A stretch of DNA of 64,000 nucleotides, from NCBI GenBank assembly GCA_041594735.1, contig JBFHLR010000001.1:4291-68290 (forward strand), read 5' to 3'. Positions within the stretch are counted from its first letter, which is position 1. Each line of letters starts with the position of its first letter. The position numbers and the translations under genes are program-made. This DNA comes from Marinobacter sp. (GTDB lineage Bacteria > Pseudomonadota > Gammaproteobacteria > Pseudomonadales > Oleiphilaceae). Under the pieces are notes generated by a model. The model was not told the origin of the DNA. It was given only the letters and a program-made list of their open reading frames with translations, and searched no databases. This document shows positions 39,790 through 52,278 of this stretch, piece by piece.

Positions 39790-42067
39790 CCGTAAGCAGA
39801 TCCTGCCGGTTGTAGGGTTTGGTAATGTAGTCATTCATCCCGGCGGTAAAACAGTCGTCGCGATCACCCTGCATGACGTTGGCGGTGACAGCGATGATCG
39901 GTAATTCCTTCCAGTCCTGATTTTCGCGAATTTTGCGGGTGGTCGTGTAGCCATCCATCACTGGCATCTGGCAATCCATGAGCACCAGGTCATAGTCCCG
40001 CATCTCCAGCGCCTGCAGGGCAAACTGGCCATTATCAACCACATCGACCCTGTGTCCCATTTTCTTCAGCATGGTGCTGGCAACCAGTTGATTTACCTGA
40101 TTATCTTCCACCAGCAACACGGTCAGGGGGGGAGCTTGTTGTCCCTTCTCAAGTGACGGGCCGGCAGGCTCTGAGCGGATGGGCTCAGGCTGACAGAGGG
40201 CCCGGTGCAACGCCTCCCGCTGCAGGGGCAGGGTCACGGAAGTCTGGCGTGGCTGTGCCGTAAAGGTGCCGCTGCGATCGAGCCAAATAACACGCTCCCC
40301 CTGCCAGCTGCTGGCAAGCGCGCTGAATTCGGATTGCTCGGGTACGGTAATCAGGATGCCATCATAAGATGGGTGTGGGGACCGAATCGGAATGCTCCAG
40401 GCTTGTAGTTGCTTTTCCACGATGGAGCGGTGTGGGTGATCCTCAGGCAGGGCCAGGGTTACCCCGTTTCTTTTTAGGGTCTCTGTCACTGCGCTGAGCT
40501 TGCTCTGGGCCAGGTCCAGTTTGTGGGGCGGCAGCGACAATATCACGGTGAAGTGGGTGCCGCGCCCGGGCTCGGAATCCAGCAGGATCTGACCGTGCAT
40601 CCGCTCGACCAGTTGCCGGCAGAGGGTCAGGCCCAGGCCGGTGCCACCATACAGGCGGGTGGTGTCAGAGTCAGCTTGGGCAAATGGGGCGAAAATGCGG
40701 TTTAGCCCCTCCGCAGACATGCCGATGCCAGTATCGATCACGTCCAGCCGAACCTTTCCATTGACCTGCTTGACCTGAATGCGGACTTCGCCGGCATTGG
40801 TGAACTTGATGGCATTGCTGAGCAGGTTGTTGATGATCTGCCGGGTACGGGTGGGGTCGCCAAGAAACGTTTCCGCCAGGTCTGGCTCTATGTCCGCCAC
40901 CAGGTCGATGTTCTTGAGTCGGGCCTGCTGGGCATGGAGCGTGGCACACTCTTCCACCAGTCGCCGAAGGCTGAACGGAATGACCTCCAGATTCAGTTTG
41001 CCGGCTTCGACCTTGGAAATGTCGAGGATGTCGTTGAGCAGGCCCAGCAGGCTTTGGCCGGCATTGTAGGCAATCTCCAGGCGATCCCGCTGGCCGGTTT
41101 CCAGTTCGCCTTCCAGTGCCAGGGACAGCATGCCCAGCACACCGTTGAGGGGGGTGCGGATTTCATGGCTCATATTGGCGAGAAACGCGGCCCGTGACCT
41201 GGCCCGACGAACAGCGTCCTCCTTGGCCTTGATCAAGGCTCGATTGCCCCGCTGCAAGGCTTCGTTCTTTTCAGAAATTTCCCGGGTACGGTCAACCACT
41301 TCGGATTCCAGTTGGCTGGAGTAGTTTTTCATCGCGGTTTCCGCCGTGCGAAGCTGTGCCAGGCTGGAGTCGATGATACCCAGGTGGTCATTGACGATGT
41401 CAATCATCAGACCGATCTCGTCGTCCAGGTGCTTTGGCGGCACCGGCAAGCGGACTTTCTCCGGGGATTCCCTATCCACTTTGCTCAGCGCATTCACTAC
41501 CTTAAGCATGGGCTTGGTGAGCATGAAATAGAACAGCAGCAGCAACATGACCGAGAGCACCAGGCTCTTGATAAATCCGCTGGCTATCGTGTAGCCGGCG
41601 CGCTGCAGAAAACTCAGGCCATAGTGGTAGGTGTCGATGGTGATGGCAAGTCGTCCCAGCGGGATGTCAGCCAGTTGCGCAACGCTCAGTTGATCGGCGT
41701 AGAAGCGGCTGGAGCCGAACAGGATGTCGCTCACCCAGCGGTACCTGGAGTCGGGGCTGCTCTCGCTGGCCGCCGCAAGGGTCTGGCCATCCGGATCGAT
41801 GATGCGGGCGTCGATGATGGCTGGGTGCTGCAGCAGCCCGTCCAGAAGTTCTTCTGCCAGTCGCACATCGATGTTGTAGGCAATCTGTGACGCCGGGCTG
41901 CGGCTGATCTTCATGAGGGCCTGAATATCCTCATCCATGGCCTCGCGAGCCTGGAAGAAATCCAGGGTTACCTGCGACAGGTTCAGCGCCAGCCCCAGCG
42001 TCATAGCCAAAAGCACGGTGTTGCGGGTAAGACGATAGGAAAGGCGTTTGGTGAGCCGAGCAGTCAC
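39737..42067 (-). CDS. hybrid sensor histidine kinase/response regulator
   Basis: Two TM helices plus HAMP-like linker, FLANMSHEIRTPLNG H-box, N/G1/F/G2 boxes, C-terminal receiver LMDCQMP; no Hpt domain. Confidence 0.95.
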   Translation of the reverse strand: MTARLTKRLSYRLTRNTVLLAMTLGLALNLSQVTLDFFQAREAMDEDIQALMKISRSPASQIAYNIDVRLAEELLDGLLQHPAIIDARIIDPDGQTLAAASESSPDSRYRWVSDILFGSSRFYADQLSVAQLADIPLGRLAITIDTYHYGLSFLQRAGYTIASGFIKSLVLSVMLLLLFYFMLTKPMLKVVNALSKVDRESPEKVRLPVPPKHLDDEIGLMIDIVNDHLGIIDSSLAQLRTAETAMKNYSSQLESEVVDRTREISEKNEALQRGNRALIKAKEDAVRRARSRAAFLANMSHEIRTPLNGVLGMLSLALEGELETGQRDRLEIAYNAGQSLLGLLNDILDISKVEAGKLNLEVIPFSLRRLVEECATLHAQQARLKNIDLVADIEPDLAETFLGDPTRTRQIINNLLSNAIKFTNAGEVRIQVKQVNGKVRLDVIDTGIGMSAEGLNRIFAPFAQADSDTTRLYGGTGLGLTLCRQLVERMHGQILLDSEPGRGTHFTVILSLPPHKLDLAQSKLSAVTETLKRNGVTLALPEDHPHRSIVEKQLQAWSIPIRSPHPSYDGILITVPEQSEFSALASSWQGERVIWLDRSGTFTAQPRQTSVTLPLQREALHRALCQPEPIRSEPAGPSLEKGQQAPPLTVLLVEDNQVNQLVASTMLKKMGHRVDVVDNGQFALQALEMRDYDLVLMDCQMPVMDGYTTTRKIRENQDWKELPIIAVTANVMQGDRDDCFTAGMNDYITKPYNRQDLLTVIQRWSHQHDPAQPAGS

Positions 42068-42119
42068 TGAGTCTTGGATCCCTGTTATTTAATGGGTTGT
42101 TTGGAAGGTCTGTGCCAGC

Positions 42120-42893
42120 TCATTCATCATAGTCGGCTTTTTTCTTCCAATTGTCGTCTTCGAGGAAAGTGCCCCATTCCTTGTCCAGGCGATTTTGCTC
42201 TTCCGTGACTGGTTTTGCTTGCCCTTCGCTGACTTGACCTTCCAGTTCCTTGATCCGCGTTCGCAGGCTCTTGATTATCTTGCCCGCCAGGGGGTGGTCC
42301 TTAGACTTGCCCAGCTCGGTGCTGGCCAAATGATATTCATGAATGGCCTTGCGCTTCTCGTTTTGTCTCAGCAATTCCCTGGCCTGGAATATGTGGAGGT
42401 CCGCGTTGGTTTTGTGTATCAGGAACAGCACGTACTTCAGGTTCTTCTTGGTCGTCCTGTTATCCAGTTCACCGGCTTTGTGGAGGCTTTCAATGAGCTT
42501 GAACAGGTTTTCCAGCAATTCCTTTATCCGGTTGCACTTGGCCGGGGAATCAATGCGCAGCGGCGGTCGTTGATCTTGATCGTCTAGGACCTTTTGTTGG
42601 AGCAGGCGCGCTTCGGACAGCCAGTCTGCCGCAGGTAGGTTGGTGCCCAGCTTTTCGAGATTTTGGCAGGAAGCTTCCATGCGCCGGAGCAGCAGCAGCT
42701 TGAGCTCCTTGGTCAAGTACTGGCTTGGAAGTTCGTCTAGCAGTATCGAAGCGCGCTTATAGCTATCCTCAAGCGTTTTGGCTTTGCGTGCGCGTTCGAT
42801 CTTTGCCCGTTCGCGAAGTTGGGTGATGGCTATGGCCGCAATTGACAGCGCCACGATTGCGACCAGCAGCCCAATAATCAGGGTGGTATCCAT
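42120..42893 (-). CDS. hypothetical protein with N-terminal membrane anchor, all-helical
   Basis: Hydrophobic N-terminus, charged helical body, C-terminal DDNWKKK. Confidence 0.8.
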   Translation of the reverse strand: MDTTLIIGLLVAIVALSIAAIAITQLRERAKIERARKAKTLEDSYKRASILLDELPSQYLTKELKLLLLRRMEASCQNLEKLGTNLPAADWLSEARLLQQKVLDDQDQRPPLRIDSPAKCNRIKELLENLFKLIESLHKAGELDNRTTKKNLKYVLFLIHKTNADLHIFQARELLRQNEKRKAIHEYHLASTELGKSKDHPLAGKIIKSLRTRIKELEGQVSEGQAKPVTEEQNRLDKEWGTFLEDDNWKKKADYDE

Positions 42894-43015
42894 AGTAACT
42901 GAGCGTGCTCCGGTGAGCCTCTAACAACGAGGCTGCTTTATCTATTGAATGTAGAGCATACAGAAAATCCCACAAGCTGCCGAAAGATTAGCAGAAAGTG
43001 ATTCGGCCCATCAGA

Positions 43016-43100
43016 CTAGTGTCCCATCTGGTTAATTCGTTGACCTACCGCGCGCCCTCGAGGCTCAGTAGATAAGCGAATTAACCAGACGGGACACTAG
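43016..43100. mobile_element. MITE-like palindromic element bounded by CTAG
   Basis: Arms CTAGTGTCCCATCTGGTTAATTCG and CGAATTAACCAGACGGGACACTAG match at 23 of 24 and extend imperfectly to about 33 bp; 85 bp total; intergenic. Confidence 0.65.
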
Positions 43101-43207
43101 CCTACGCCTTTCGGGGCTATCTATCACTGCTATGTATTGGTACGCTCTGAATTATTGATGCTGTGAATACAGAAAGAGGCGGCCAGTTCGCCGTGAGAGC
43201 GTTAGCG

Positions 43208-44239
43208 ATGGATATTTCCCGAGTCGATCTGAATCTGCTGGTTTATCTGGACGTGCTGTTGTGGGAGCGGAACGTGACCAAGGCAGCCAATCACCTGGGT
43301 ATCACACAGCCCGCCATGAGCAATGGTCTTCGTCGGCTCAGAGATCTGTTTGGCGACCCGCTGCTGGTGCGCACCAGCGAGGGCATGACCGCCACCGAGC
43401 GGGCCACGGAGCTGCAGCCGCTGGTGCGCAGTATCCTGTCGGACATTGAGCAGGCGGTACAGGAGAAAACGCCGTTCTCGGCCGGCGATAGCCAGCGCGT
43501 GTTCCGGATCATGGCCAGTGACTACGCCGAATCCTGTCTGATGCCGCGAGTGTTGCGGCGGATTCGGCAGGAAGCGCCAAACGTGACCCTGGACGTGTTA
43601 ACTCCCAGCGACGTCAGCTTTCTGGATGTTGAACAGGGGCGCCTGGACATGGCGATCAACCGCTTCGACAAATTGCCCCAGTCCTTTCATCAGAAAACCC
43701 TGTGGACCGAGTACTTCGCTTGCCTGATGAATGCTCGCAATCCGATTCTTCGCCAGCCATTTACCCTTGAGAGCTATCTGGATGCCAGCCATATCTGGGT
43801 CAGCAAGACCGGCTTTGGCGTGGGTGTGGGGGTCAACCCCAAGGATGTGCAACGGCTGGGCTGGGTGGATGAGGCGCTGGCGCTGATTGGCCACAAACGC
43901 CAGATTTCTGTGTTCACCCGGCATTACCAGGTGGCGATGCTCCTGGCGGAGCAGCATGACCTGATTGCCACCTTGCCGTGCCGTGCGGCCTGGTTGCAGA
44001 AAGACAATACCAACCTGGTGGTCAAGGCGCCGCCGTTTGAGATCCCCCCATTCGAGCTGAAGATGGCCTGGAGCCCACTGCTCCAGCATAACCCCGACCA
44101 CCAGTGGTTGCGTCGCCTGATCGTGGAAGTGGCAGAAGAGGTCGATACCGAGTTCGCTCCCTTCGGTGGGCGCTTCGAGGGGGCCTGGCAATCTCCCGAG
44201 GCCGAAGGGGTAAACGGGGTAACGCAGCCGCCGGAATGA
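43208..44239 (+). CDS. LysR family regulator
   Basis: DLNLLVYLDVLL.ERNVTKAA..LGITQPAMSNGLRRLR HTH. Confidence 0.95.
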   Translation: MDISRVDLNLLVYLDVLLWERNVTKAANHLGITQPAMSNGLRRLRDLFGDPLLVRTSEGMTATERATELQPLVRSILSDIEQAVQEKTPFSAGDSQRVFRIMASDYAESCLMPRVLRRIRQEAPNVTLDVLTPSDVSFLDVEQGRLDMAINRFDKLPQSFHQKTLWTEYFACLMNARNPILRQPFTLESYLDASHIWVSKTGFGVGVGVNPKDVQRLGWVDEALALIGHKRQISVFTRHYQVAMLLAEQHDLIATLPCRAAWLQKDNTNLVVKAPPFEIPPFELKMAWSPLLQHNPDHQWLRRLIVEVAEEVDTEFAPFGGRFEGAWQSPEAEGVNGVTQPPE

Positions 44240-44289
44240 CCCGTTCGTGCCCTACAAGCTGGCGGCCAGTTTGCGTTGCCCGGCTCTGG

Positions 44290-45255
44290 TCAAATGCCAA
44301 GTTGGCGGAATTCCTTTGAGGGGCTGGCCACATCCCACATGCGTTGGAACGCCTCGGACATCAGCTTGGTCCGGCCTCCGGCGGTCAGTAGGGCCACCCC
44401 CGCGGGTTTATCGAACTCATGCCGGAACAACACCGCTTCCCGATCGGCAATGATGAAGGGCCGCTCCTCGAAGGGGTGATCCTCACTGATCGTGCGGAGT
44501 TCCATCTTGCTGGGCAGGCGCTTCATTAACTCGACAATCTGGTGGCGCTTCTTCACCAATGGCTTGTCGTCGTGAATCAGCAACCGTATTTCACTAAGAC
44601 GATGTCGGCGGGCGAGGGCGGACAAAATGTCCCGGAAGCGCTGGCGGTCATAGAGGTCATGCTCCAGTTCCCGGTCATACAGCCAAAGCTTCTGACTGGC
44701 CTGATTGGCCACCGAGTCCATGACCTGAATCAGCTGCTGTTCCGACGTGACCGGCCAGCTGTCATGATCCGCGCCCATCACCATGGGGGCGGGGCGCTGA
44801 TCCAGTTGCGGCAGTATCAGGTCGGGCGCCAGACAGCGCATGTCGACGTGGGGGATGCCGGCATCGTCGTAGGGCCGCGAGCAGACATGGAAGCCAAATC
44901 GCTGATAGAAGGCAACGGCGTGTTCCTGGGCCGAAAGGTAAAGATCCTGAAACTGACCCTGGGCTTCCGTCAGCATCTGCCGCATCAGATGGTCGCCGAC
45001 GCCCTGGCCACGATGGCTGGGCAGTACCGCCATGCGACCGATGTGGGCGGTGTCGGTCACCGACGGGTACATTCTCGAGACCCCGACCGGCAGGTTCTCT
45101 GCGGTGACCGCTACGAAATGGTCGGCAATTTCATCGGTGTCGTCCCATTCCAGTTCCGGCGGCACTCTCTGTTCTTCGATGAACACCTTCTGGCGGATAT
45201 CCTTCAGGGATTGCGGCGCCAGCTGCCAGCTGTATTTGCGGATTCGGATCTTCAT
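44290..45255 (-). CDS. GNAT acetyltransferase (ElaA/YjcF-like) fused to an uncharacterised C-terminal domain
   Basis: IRQKVFIEEQ, IGRMAVL...RGQGVG, AQ.HA..FY...GF, AGIPH; about 170 aa extra domain. Confidence 0.88.
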   Translation of the reverse strand: MKIRIRKYSWQLAPQSLKDIRQKVFIEEQRVPPELEWDDTDEIADHFVAVTAENLPVGVSRMYPSVTDTAHIGRMAVLPSHRGQGVGDHLMRQMLTEAQGQFQDLYLSAQEHAVAFYQRFGFHVCSRPYDDAGIPHVDMRCLAPDLILPQLDQRPAPMVMGADHDSWPVTSEQQLIQVMDSVANQASQKLWLYDRELEHDLYDRQRFRDILSALARRHRLSEIRLLIHDDKPLVKKRHQIVELMKRLPSKMELRTISEDHPFEERPFIIADREAVLFRHEFDKPAGVALLTAGGRTKLMSEAFQRMWDVASPSKEFRQLGI

Positions 45256-46403
45256 TCGAAATACAGGCTGCCCTGATTGTGCAGGGCGGTCACCAACTCC
45301 GCCAGCGCAGGCTCTTCGAGCAGGGGGAGTAGCAGATCGGCATCGACGCTGGCGCACCGGCACATTATGGGGGCCAGCTCTCGGGCTTCGCCCCGTAACA
45401 GGTAGCGCTCGCCATCGACAAACAGCGCGGTTTCATCGTTCAGCTCATGGAAGGCGAAACGGGAACCTTCGTTCCAGCGCAGTGATTCCTGGTGTCTGAG
45501 ACGCTCAAGCAGCGCGTCCGGCGCCACCGGATCTTCGGCCGGCACAACGATGTCCAGGCTCTTTGGCGCGGTGGAGAACTGGCCAAACCAAAGCGCCAGT
45601 TGACGCCGGTCTGACAGCTTGTCGCGGATCATGGTTTCCAGCTCGCCAATCACGTCCGAACCTATGGCACCGGGGTTGCGCTGGGGCTTGAGGTCTGGAT
45701 CGGTGTAGTGCTGGGAGGCGTCTGTCTGGCTGCACAGGAAATCGGTGTAACCGGTCAGGATATCGTCCAGGGTGGGGGCGCGGAAACCGATGGACAGCGT
45801 AATGCAGTCGTTCAGGGCAACACCATGGTGGCCGATCCCGGGCGGTAGGTACAGCATGTCGCCGGGCTCCAGCACGACGGTTTCCTCGCCGTCCCAGCTG
45901 CTCAGGATACGTAATGGGGTGCCCTCAACCCGGGGGGAGGTGTGGTCGCAATGGCCGCCGAAGGTCCATTCTCGCTGGCCCTGGGCCTGCAGCAGGAAGA
46001 CATCGTACTGGTCATAATGGGGGCCGACGCTGCCACCTTGCGGGGCGTAGCTGGCCATGATGTCGTCGAGACGCCAATTGGGGATAAAGCGAAACGCTTC
46101 CAGCACATCCGCAATCTCCGGCGCCCAATGATCCAGCCCCTGAATCAGCAGGGTCCAGTGGGTCGGCGGCAGCGACGCAAACCGTTCCGGCGAAAACGGG
46201 CCATTGTGCAGCTGCCAGGGCTTGCCCTCGTCCTGCTCAATGACGATGCGGGATTCGACCGCGTCTTCGCAGGCCAGGCCGGCCAACTCGTCTGCGGATA
46301 TCGGACAGCGATAGCCGGGCAATGCCTGGCGGATCACCAGGGGCTTTTTCTGCCAATAGTCACGCAGGAAGGCCTCAGGGGTGAGTCCGCCTAGTACGTC
46401 CAT
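45252..46403 (-). CDS. roxA: JmjC/cupin 2-oxoglutarate oxygenase, ribosomal protein uL16 hydroxylase-like
   Basis: FLRDYWQKKP, WRLDDIM.SYA..GGSVGPHYDQYDVFLLQ, LEPGDMLYLPP...HHG; next to purB. Confidence 0.88.
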   Translation of the reverse strand: MDVLGGLTPEAFLRDYWQKKPLVIRQALPGYRCPISADELAGLACEDAVESRIVIEQDEGKPWQLHNGPFSPERFASLPPTHWTLLIQGLDHWAPEIADVLEAFRFIPNWRLDDIMASYAPQGGSVGPHYDQYDVFLLQAQGQREWTFGGHCDHTSPRVEGTPLRILSSWDGEETVVLEPGDMLYLPPGIGHHGVALNDCITLSIGFRAPTLDDILTGYTDFLCSQTDASQHYTDPDLKPQRNPGAIGSDVIGELETMIRDKLSDRRQLALWFGQFSTAPKSLDIVVPAEDPVAPDALLERLRHQESLRWNEGSRFAFHELNDETALFVDGERYLLRGEARELAPIMCRCASVDADLLLPLLEEPALAELVTALHNQGSLYFE

Positions 46404-46406
46404 GAA

Positions 46407-47789
<1,383 letters not shown>

Positions 47790-47839
47790 TCATCAAAGAA
47801 AAAACAGGATTAATATGATACACCAGCGGTGACCGGTAT

Positions 47840-48481
47840 TCAGTCGTAAACCGATCTATTCGCCTGCTCTGCAAGCGCTTTTGCCGAGGCGACGGTCTTG
47901 CGGCGGGTAAAAATGAGTTGCCAGCGGCGCCCGCCGGTCTGGCGCCAGAGAACCGCCGAGCGAATGCCCGCGAGCAGCAACGCCCGGATCTTGGCAGCGT
48001 TCTCGTCGATTCTCAGCACGTTCGGATCCCCGGTCACCTGAATTCGGGGCCGCAGCGTGCTGATGGTGTCGGTGTAGATCGAGGCCAGGTTGCTGATCAG
48101 GTTGCCGTGGGTGTAGCCGAAATGGTCCGCGGTGTGACGGGCCTGAGTAATCCGGCTGCCAATAATGTCCAGCATGTCTCGGTTGCGGTTGAGCTTGGAT
48201 TCCAGGTGCATCAGGTTGAGGGTATAACGCAGGATTTCGACCTCCTGGCGTTGGCTCTGCTCATTTAGTACGTTGGCCAGGGTGGCCAGGCCCTCGCGGA
48301 GATCCTTGAGTTCGCCGTACACGCCGAGGGTGGAATCCGGCGCGGTGGCAAACAGTGAGCGAAGGCAGGTTTCCAGACTGGAGTCGGCACAGCGGCCGGT
48401 GTGGGCAATCTGTTGCACCAGCGCGGTGGCCTGACAGATCCCGGCCAGGGCCAGGGTCTGGTCTTGTCGAGAGCGACTCAT
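47840..48481 (-). CDS. hflD: high frequency lysogenization protein HflD
   Basis: [32 protein letters not shown]; lies between mnmA and purB. Confidence 0.95.
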   Translation of the reverse strand: MSRSRQDQTLALAGICQATALVQQIAHTGRCADSSLETCLRSLFATAPDSTLGVYGELKDLREGLATLANVLNEQSQRQEVEILRYTLNLMHLESKLNRNRDMLDIIGSRITQARHTADHFGYTHGNLISNLASIYTDTISTLRPRIQVTGDPNVLRIDENAAKIRALLLAGIRSAVLWRQTGGRRWQLIFTRRKTVASAKALAEQANRSVYD

Positions 48482-49635
48482 GAGGTGGCACCGTTGGCGG
48501 AGGCGTCCTGGGGGCCGGTTTCGCCGTCGCGCCAGGTCTGCTCGATCACCCCCCCGCCCAGACACACCTCGCCATCGTAGAACACCACGGACTGGCCTGG
48601 CGTCACGGCACGCTGGGGTTGGTCGAATTCAACCCGTGTGCCGCCACTCGCATTCACTGTCACCCGGCAATCCTGGTCAGGTTGGCGATAGCGGGTCTTG
48701 GCCCGGCAATGGAACTGCCCTGCCGGGGCCTGACCGGCTACCCAGTCAATGGGGCCGCTGAGCAGCCCTCTGGCAAACAGCAGGGGATGGTTCTTGCCCT
48801 GCACCGCGAGCAGCACGTTACGTTGCAGGTCCTTGTCGGCAACGTACCAGGGGTCGTCATTGAAGTCCCGCAGGCCACCTATGCCCAACCCCTGACGCTG
48901 GCCAATGGTGTGGTACATCAGGCCCTGATGGCGACCGATTATCTGACCATCGGGGGTTTCAATGTCGCCCGGTTGGGCGGGCAGGTACTGTTGCAGAAAG
49001 TCTCGGAACTTTCGCTCGCCAATGAAACAGATGCCGGTGGAGTCTTTCTTGTCGTGGGTCACGAATCCCTGTGCCTCGGCGATGCGCCGTACCTCTGGCT
49101 TCTCCAGTTCACCCACCGGGAACAGGGTGCGGGCAATTCGATCTCCTGACACCGCATGCAGGAAATAGCTCTGGTCTTTGTTCGGGTCCAGGCCCTTTAA
49201 CAGCTGCGCCCGTTGCGGATCGTCGGGCAGGGGGCGCTGACGGGTGTAATGGCCGGTGGCGATGAAGTCCGCGCCCAGGGTGACCGCGTAGTCCAGAAAG
49301 GCGCGAAACTTGACTTCCTTGTTACACAGGATGTCGGGATTGGGGGTGCGGCCGGCGCGGTACTCCGCCAGGAAGTGTTCGAACACCCGATCCCAGTATT
49401 CGGCGGCAAAACTGGCGGTATGCAGGGGGATGCCAATGGCATCGGCGACCTCCTTGGCATCGGCAAGATCCGCCATGGCGGTGCAGTATTCGGTACCGTC
49501 GTCCTCGTCCCAGTTCTTCATGAACAGGCCTTCCACCTGATAGCCCTTGGACTTCAGGAGCCAAGCCGCTACGGAGGAGTCGACGCCGCCAGACATGCCG
49601 ACGATCACACGGGTGTTTTCGGGTGCTTTGATCAT
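48478..49635 (-). CDS. mnmA: tRNA-specific 2-thiouridylase
   Basis: [41 protein letters not shown]. Confidence 0.98.
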   Translation of the reverse strand: MIKAPENTRVIVGMSGGVDSSVAAWLLKSKGYQVEGLFMKNWDEDDGTEYCTAMADLADAKEVADAIGIPLHTASFAAEYWDRVFEHFLAEYRAGRTPNPDILCNKEVKFRAFLDYAVTLGADFIATGHYTRQRPLPDDPQRAQLLKGLDPNKDQSYFLHAVSGDRIARTLFPVGELEKPEVRRIAEAQGFVTHDKKDSTGICFIGERKFRDFLQQYLPAQPGDIETPDGQIIGRHQGLMYHTIGQRQGLGIGGLRDFNDDPWYVADKDLQRNVLLAVQGKNHPLLFARGLLSGPIDWVAGQAPAGQFHCRAKTRYRQPDQDCRVTVNASGGTRVEFDQPQRAVTPGQSVVFYDGEVCLGGGVIEQTWRDGETGPQDASANGATS

Positions 49636-49683
49636 TGCTGTGCCGATGCTGGTAAAACGACGAAGTGTACCATCGAAGCCGGC

Positions 49684-50133
49684 CTACGTCTGCGTGTCGA
49701 CTATGACCTCCAGCGGATAGCGACGGCCATTTCGGAAATCCTCTATACAGCGCAGAACCAACGGGCTGCGAAGTTGCTGCTGGCGGTTACGGATCTCTTC
49801 CAGAGTCAGCCAGTGGGTGGCGATGATGTCGGTGTCGAGACGATTCGTCAGCTGTTTCACCGCCTGCGCGGCAAAACAGAAGCGATAGTAGGTGACGTCA
49901 TTGGCGGGCGCCTTGTAGGTATAGAGGCCGAGAAAGTGTTGGAGCTCGACTTGCCAGCCGGTTTCTTCCAGGGATTCGCGGATGGCGGCGTCGAGTATGG
50001 CCTCATCCTCTTCGATGTGGCCGGCAGGTTGGTTCAGTACGATGCGTCCCTCGCGGTGTTCTTCCACTAACAAATAGCGTTGCTGGTCATCCTGCACTAC
50101 AACCGCAACAGTGGCGTGGGGTGTCCAGGTCAT
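49684..50133 (-). CDS. nudJ: NUDIX hydrolase (NudJ-like)
   Basis: PHATVA and NQPAGHIE..E....AA.RE..EETG Nudix box; upstream of mnmA. Confidence 0.88.
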   Translation of the reverse strand: MTWTPHATVAVVVQDDQQRYLLVEEHREGRIVLNQPAGHIEEDEAILDAAIRESLEETGWQVELQHFLGLYTYKAPANDVTYYRFCFAAQAVKQLTNRLDTDIIATHWLTLEEIRNRQQQLRSPLVLRCIEDFRNGRRYPLEVIVDTQT

Positions 50134-50777
50134 GATTTCGCAGCTCTCCTGGGCTGGGCGTGAGCGTTCCGGTGGCTCCGGCGCTGACGCTGTGGGCCGT
50201 TCCGGGTCGGGCGTTTCGGCGCCTTGTTGACCGGGAGGTGTACGTCGATGGTAGTGCTGTCTCCCGGTGCCAGACCTTCCAGGCTCCAGGAGCCGATGCG
50301 TACCCGAATCAGTCGCAAGGTCGGAAAGCCCACGGCGGCCGTCATTCGCCGCACCTGTCGGTTGCGGCCTTCGGTCAGGGTGAGTTCCAGCCAGGAAGTG
50401 GGCTGGTTTGGCCGTTGGCGGATGGGGGGCGTACGGGGCCACACATCAGGTGTCTGCAGACGACGGGCCTGGGCGGGGCGGGTAACGCCATCCTTGAGTT
50501 CGACACCGCCGGCCAGTTGGTCGAGCGCAGCTTGGTGAATCTCGCCCTCAACCTGTACCCAGTAGGTTTTCGGCATCTTGTTGCTGGGGGCGGCAATCCG
50601 ATGCTGCAGCGGACCGTTCCCGGTCAACAACACCAGCCCTTCTGAGTCGTAGTCCAGACGCCCGGCGGGGTAGACCTCCGGTGTTGTCACGTAGTTGGCC
50701 AGGGTCTCACGGCCCTGATCGTCGGTGAACTGGCACAAAACCTGAAACGGCTTGTTAAGTAAGATCAAAGTGGCCAT
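50130..50777 (-). CDS. rluE: 23S rRNA pseudouridine synthase RluE-like
   Basis: NKPF.VLCQF, AGRLDYDSEGL, EGRNRQVRRMTAAVG.PTLRL. Confidence 0.9.
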   Translation of the reverse strand: MATLILLNKPFQVLCQFTDDQGRETLANYVTTPEVYPAGRLDYDSEGLVLLTGNGPLQHRIAAPSNKMPKTYWVQVEGEIHQAALDQLAGGVELKDGVTRPAQARRLQTPDVWPRTPPIRQRPNQPTSWLELTLTEGRNRQVRRMTAAVGFPTLRLIRVRIGSWSLEGLAPGDSTTIDVHLPVNKAPKRPTRNGPQRQRRSHRNAHAQPRRAAKS

Positions 50778-51012
50778 GGCGTACTGAGCGCAAACAGCGC
50801 GCGTTGGGGCTCCGACGTTGAACAAAAGACTGTACTAAGCTTTAAAAAGCCAATGGACTGCGCCCGGGTGGCCGCGATAGGGCCCGAATCGACTACGGCG
50901 TTGTGCATTGGCTCGTAGCAGGAATGATATCGCAGCTGCGGCGCGGCTTTAAGCTTGGTGAGTGAGCACCTACCGCCATTTCAGTGGGGACTCGACAAAA
51001 GGAGGCTGGGGG

Positions 51013-52278
51013 ATGGTATCTGGCAAGATTGTGAAACCGGTGGACGGTGACCGAATTGTGGTAAACGCAGACCTTTCCCTAACCGTACCCAGCCATCCAA
51101 TCATTCCCTTCATCGAAGGCGATGGTATCGGAGCGGACATCACGCCGGTGATGCAGCGGGTAGTGAATGCCGCCGTGGACATGGCCTATGGAAACAAGCG
51201 GTCGATCGCTTGGATGGAAGTGTATTGCGGCGAGAAGGCTACACGGGTCTACGGCGCGAACGCCTGGCTCCCGGATGAGACTCTGGAGGCGCTGCGGGAT
51301 TATCCGGTTAGCATCAAGGGGCCGCTAACCACGCCGGTGGGGGGCGGATATCGCTCCCTGAACGTGACGTTGCGCCAAGAGCTGGATTTATACGCCTGTA
51401 TCCGGCCGGTGCGTTACTTTAAGGGAGTCCCAAGCCCGGTCAGCCGTCCCGAGCTGACCGATATGGTGATCTTTCGGGAAAACTCGGAGGACATCTACGC
51501 GGGGATCGAGTGGAAGGCAGATTCGGAGGGCGCCAAAAAACTGATCGGTTTTTTGCGTGACGAAATGGGGGTGACCAGCATCCGGTTTCCAGAAGGTTGC
51601 GGTATCGGTATCAAGCCGGTGTCGAGGGAGGGCACACAGCGATTGGTTCGTAAGGCCATCCAGTATGCCATCGACACCAACCGACCATCGGTGACCCTGG
51701 TCCACAAAGGCAACATCATGAAGTATACCGAAGGCGCCTTCAAGAACTGGGGCTATGAGCTGGCGGTGGAACGGTTTGGTGCTCAGCCGTTGGACGGCGG
51801 GCCTTGGCATGTGATGAAAAACCCAAACACCGGCGCGACTATCTTGATCAAGGATGTGATTGCCGACGCCTTTCTTCAGCAAATTCTGATGCGACCCGAC
51901 GAGTACAGCGTGATTGCGACCCTTAACCTCAATGGCGACTACATTTCCGACGCATTGGCTGCGGAAGTTGGGGGTATTGGCATTGCGCCGGGTGCCAACA
52001 TCGGCGGCTCCATTGCTAACTTTGAAGCGACTCATGGCACGGCTCCAAAATATGCCGGGCAGGATAAAGTCAATCCGGGTTCTTTGATCCTATCGGCTGA
52101 GATGATGCTGCGCCACTTGGGCTGGACGGAGGCGGCCGACCTCATTATCACCGGTATGGAAGGGGCTATTGCCGCGAAGACCGTCACTTACGATTTCGAG
52201 CGCCTGATGCCAGACGCAACTCTACTCAAGTGCTCTGAATTCGGCGAGGCGGTTATCGCTAATATGATGGATGAATAG
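51013..52278 (+). CDS. icd: NADP-dependent isocitrate dehydrogenase
   Basis: [49 protein letters not shown]. Confidence 0.98.
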   Translation: MVSGKIVKPVDGDRIVVNADLSLTVPSHPIIPFIEGDGIGADITPVMQRVVNAAVDMAYGNKRSIAWMEVYCGEKATRVYGANAWLPDETLEALRDYPVSIKGPLTTPVGGGYRSLNVTLRQELDLYACIRPVRYFKGVPSPVSRPELTDMVIFRENSEDIYAGIEWKADSEGAKKLIGFLRDEMGVTSIRFPEGCGIGIKPVSREGTQRLVRKAIQYAIDTNRPSVTLVHKGNIMKYTEGAFKNWGYELAVERFGAQPLDGGPWHVMKNPNTGATILIKDVIADAFLQQILMRPDEYSVIATLNLNGDYISDALAAEVGGIGIAPGANIGGSIANFEATHGTAPKYAGQDKVNPGSLILSAEMMLRHLGWTEAADLIITGMEGAIAAKTVTYDFERLMPDATLLKCSEFGEAVIANMMDE

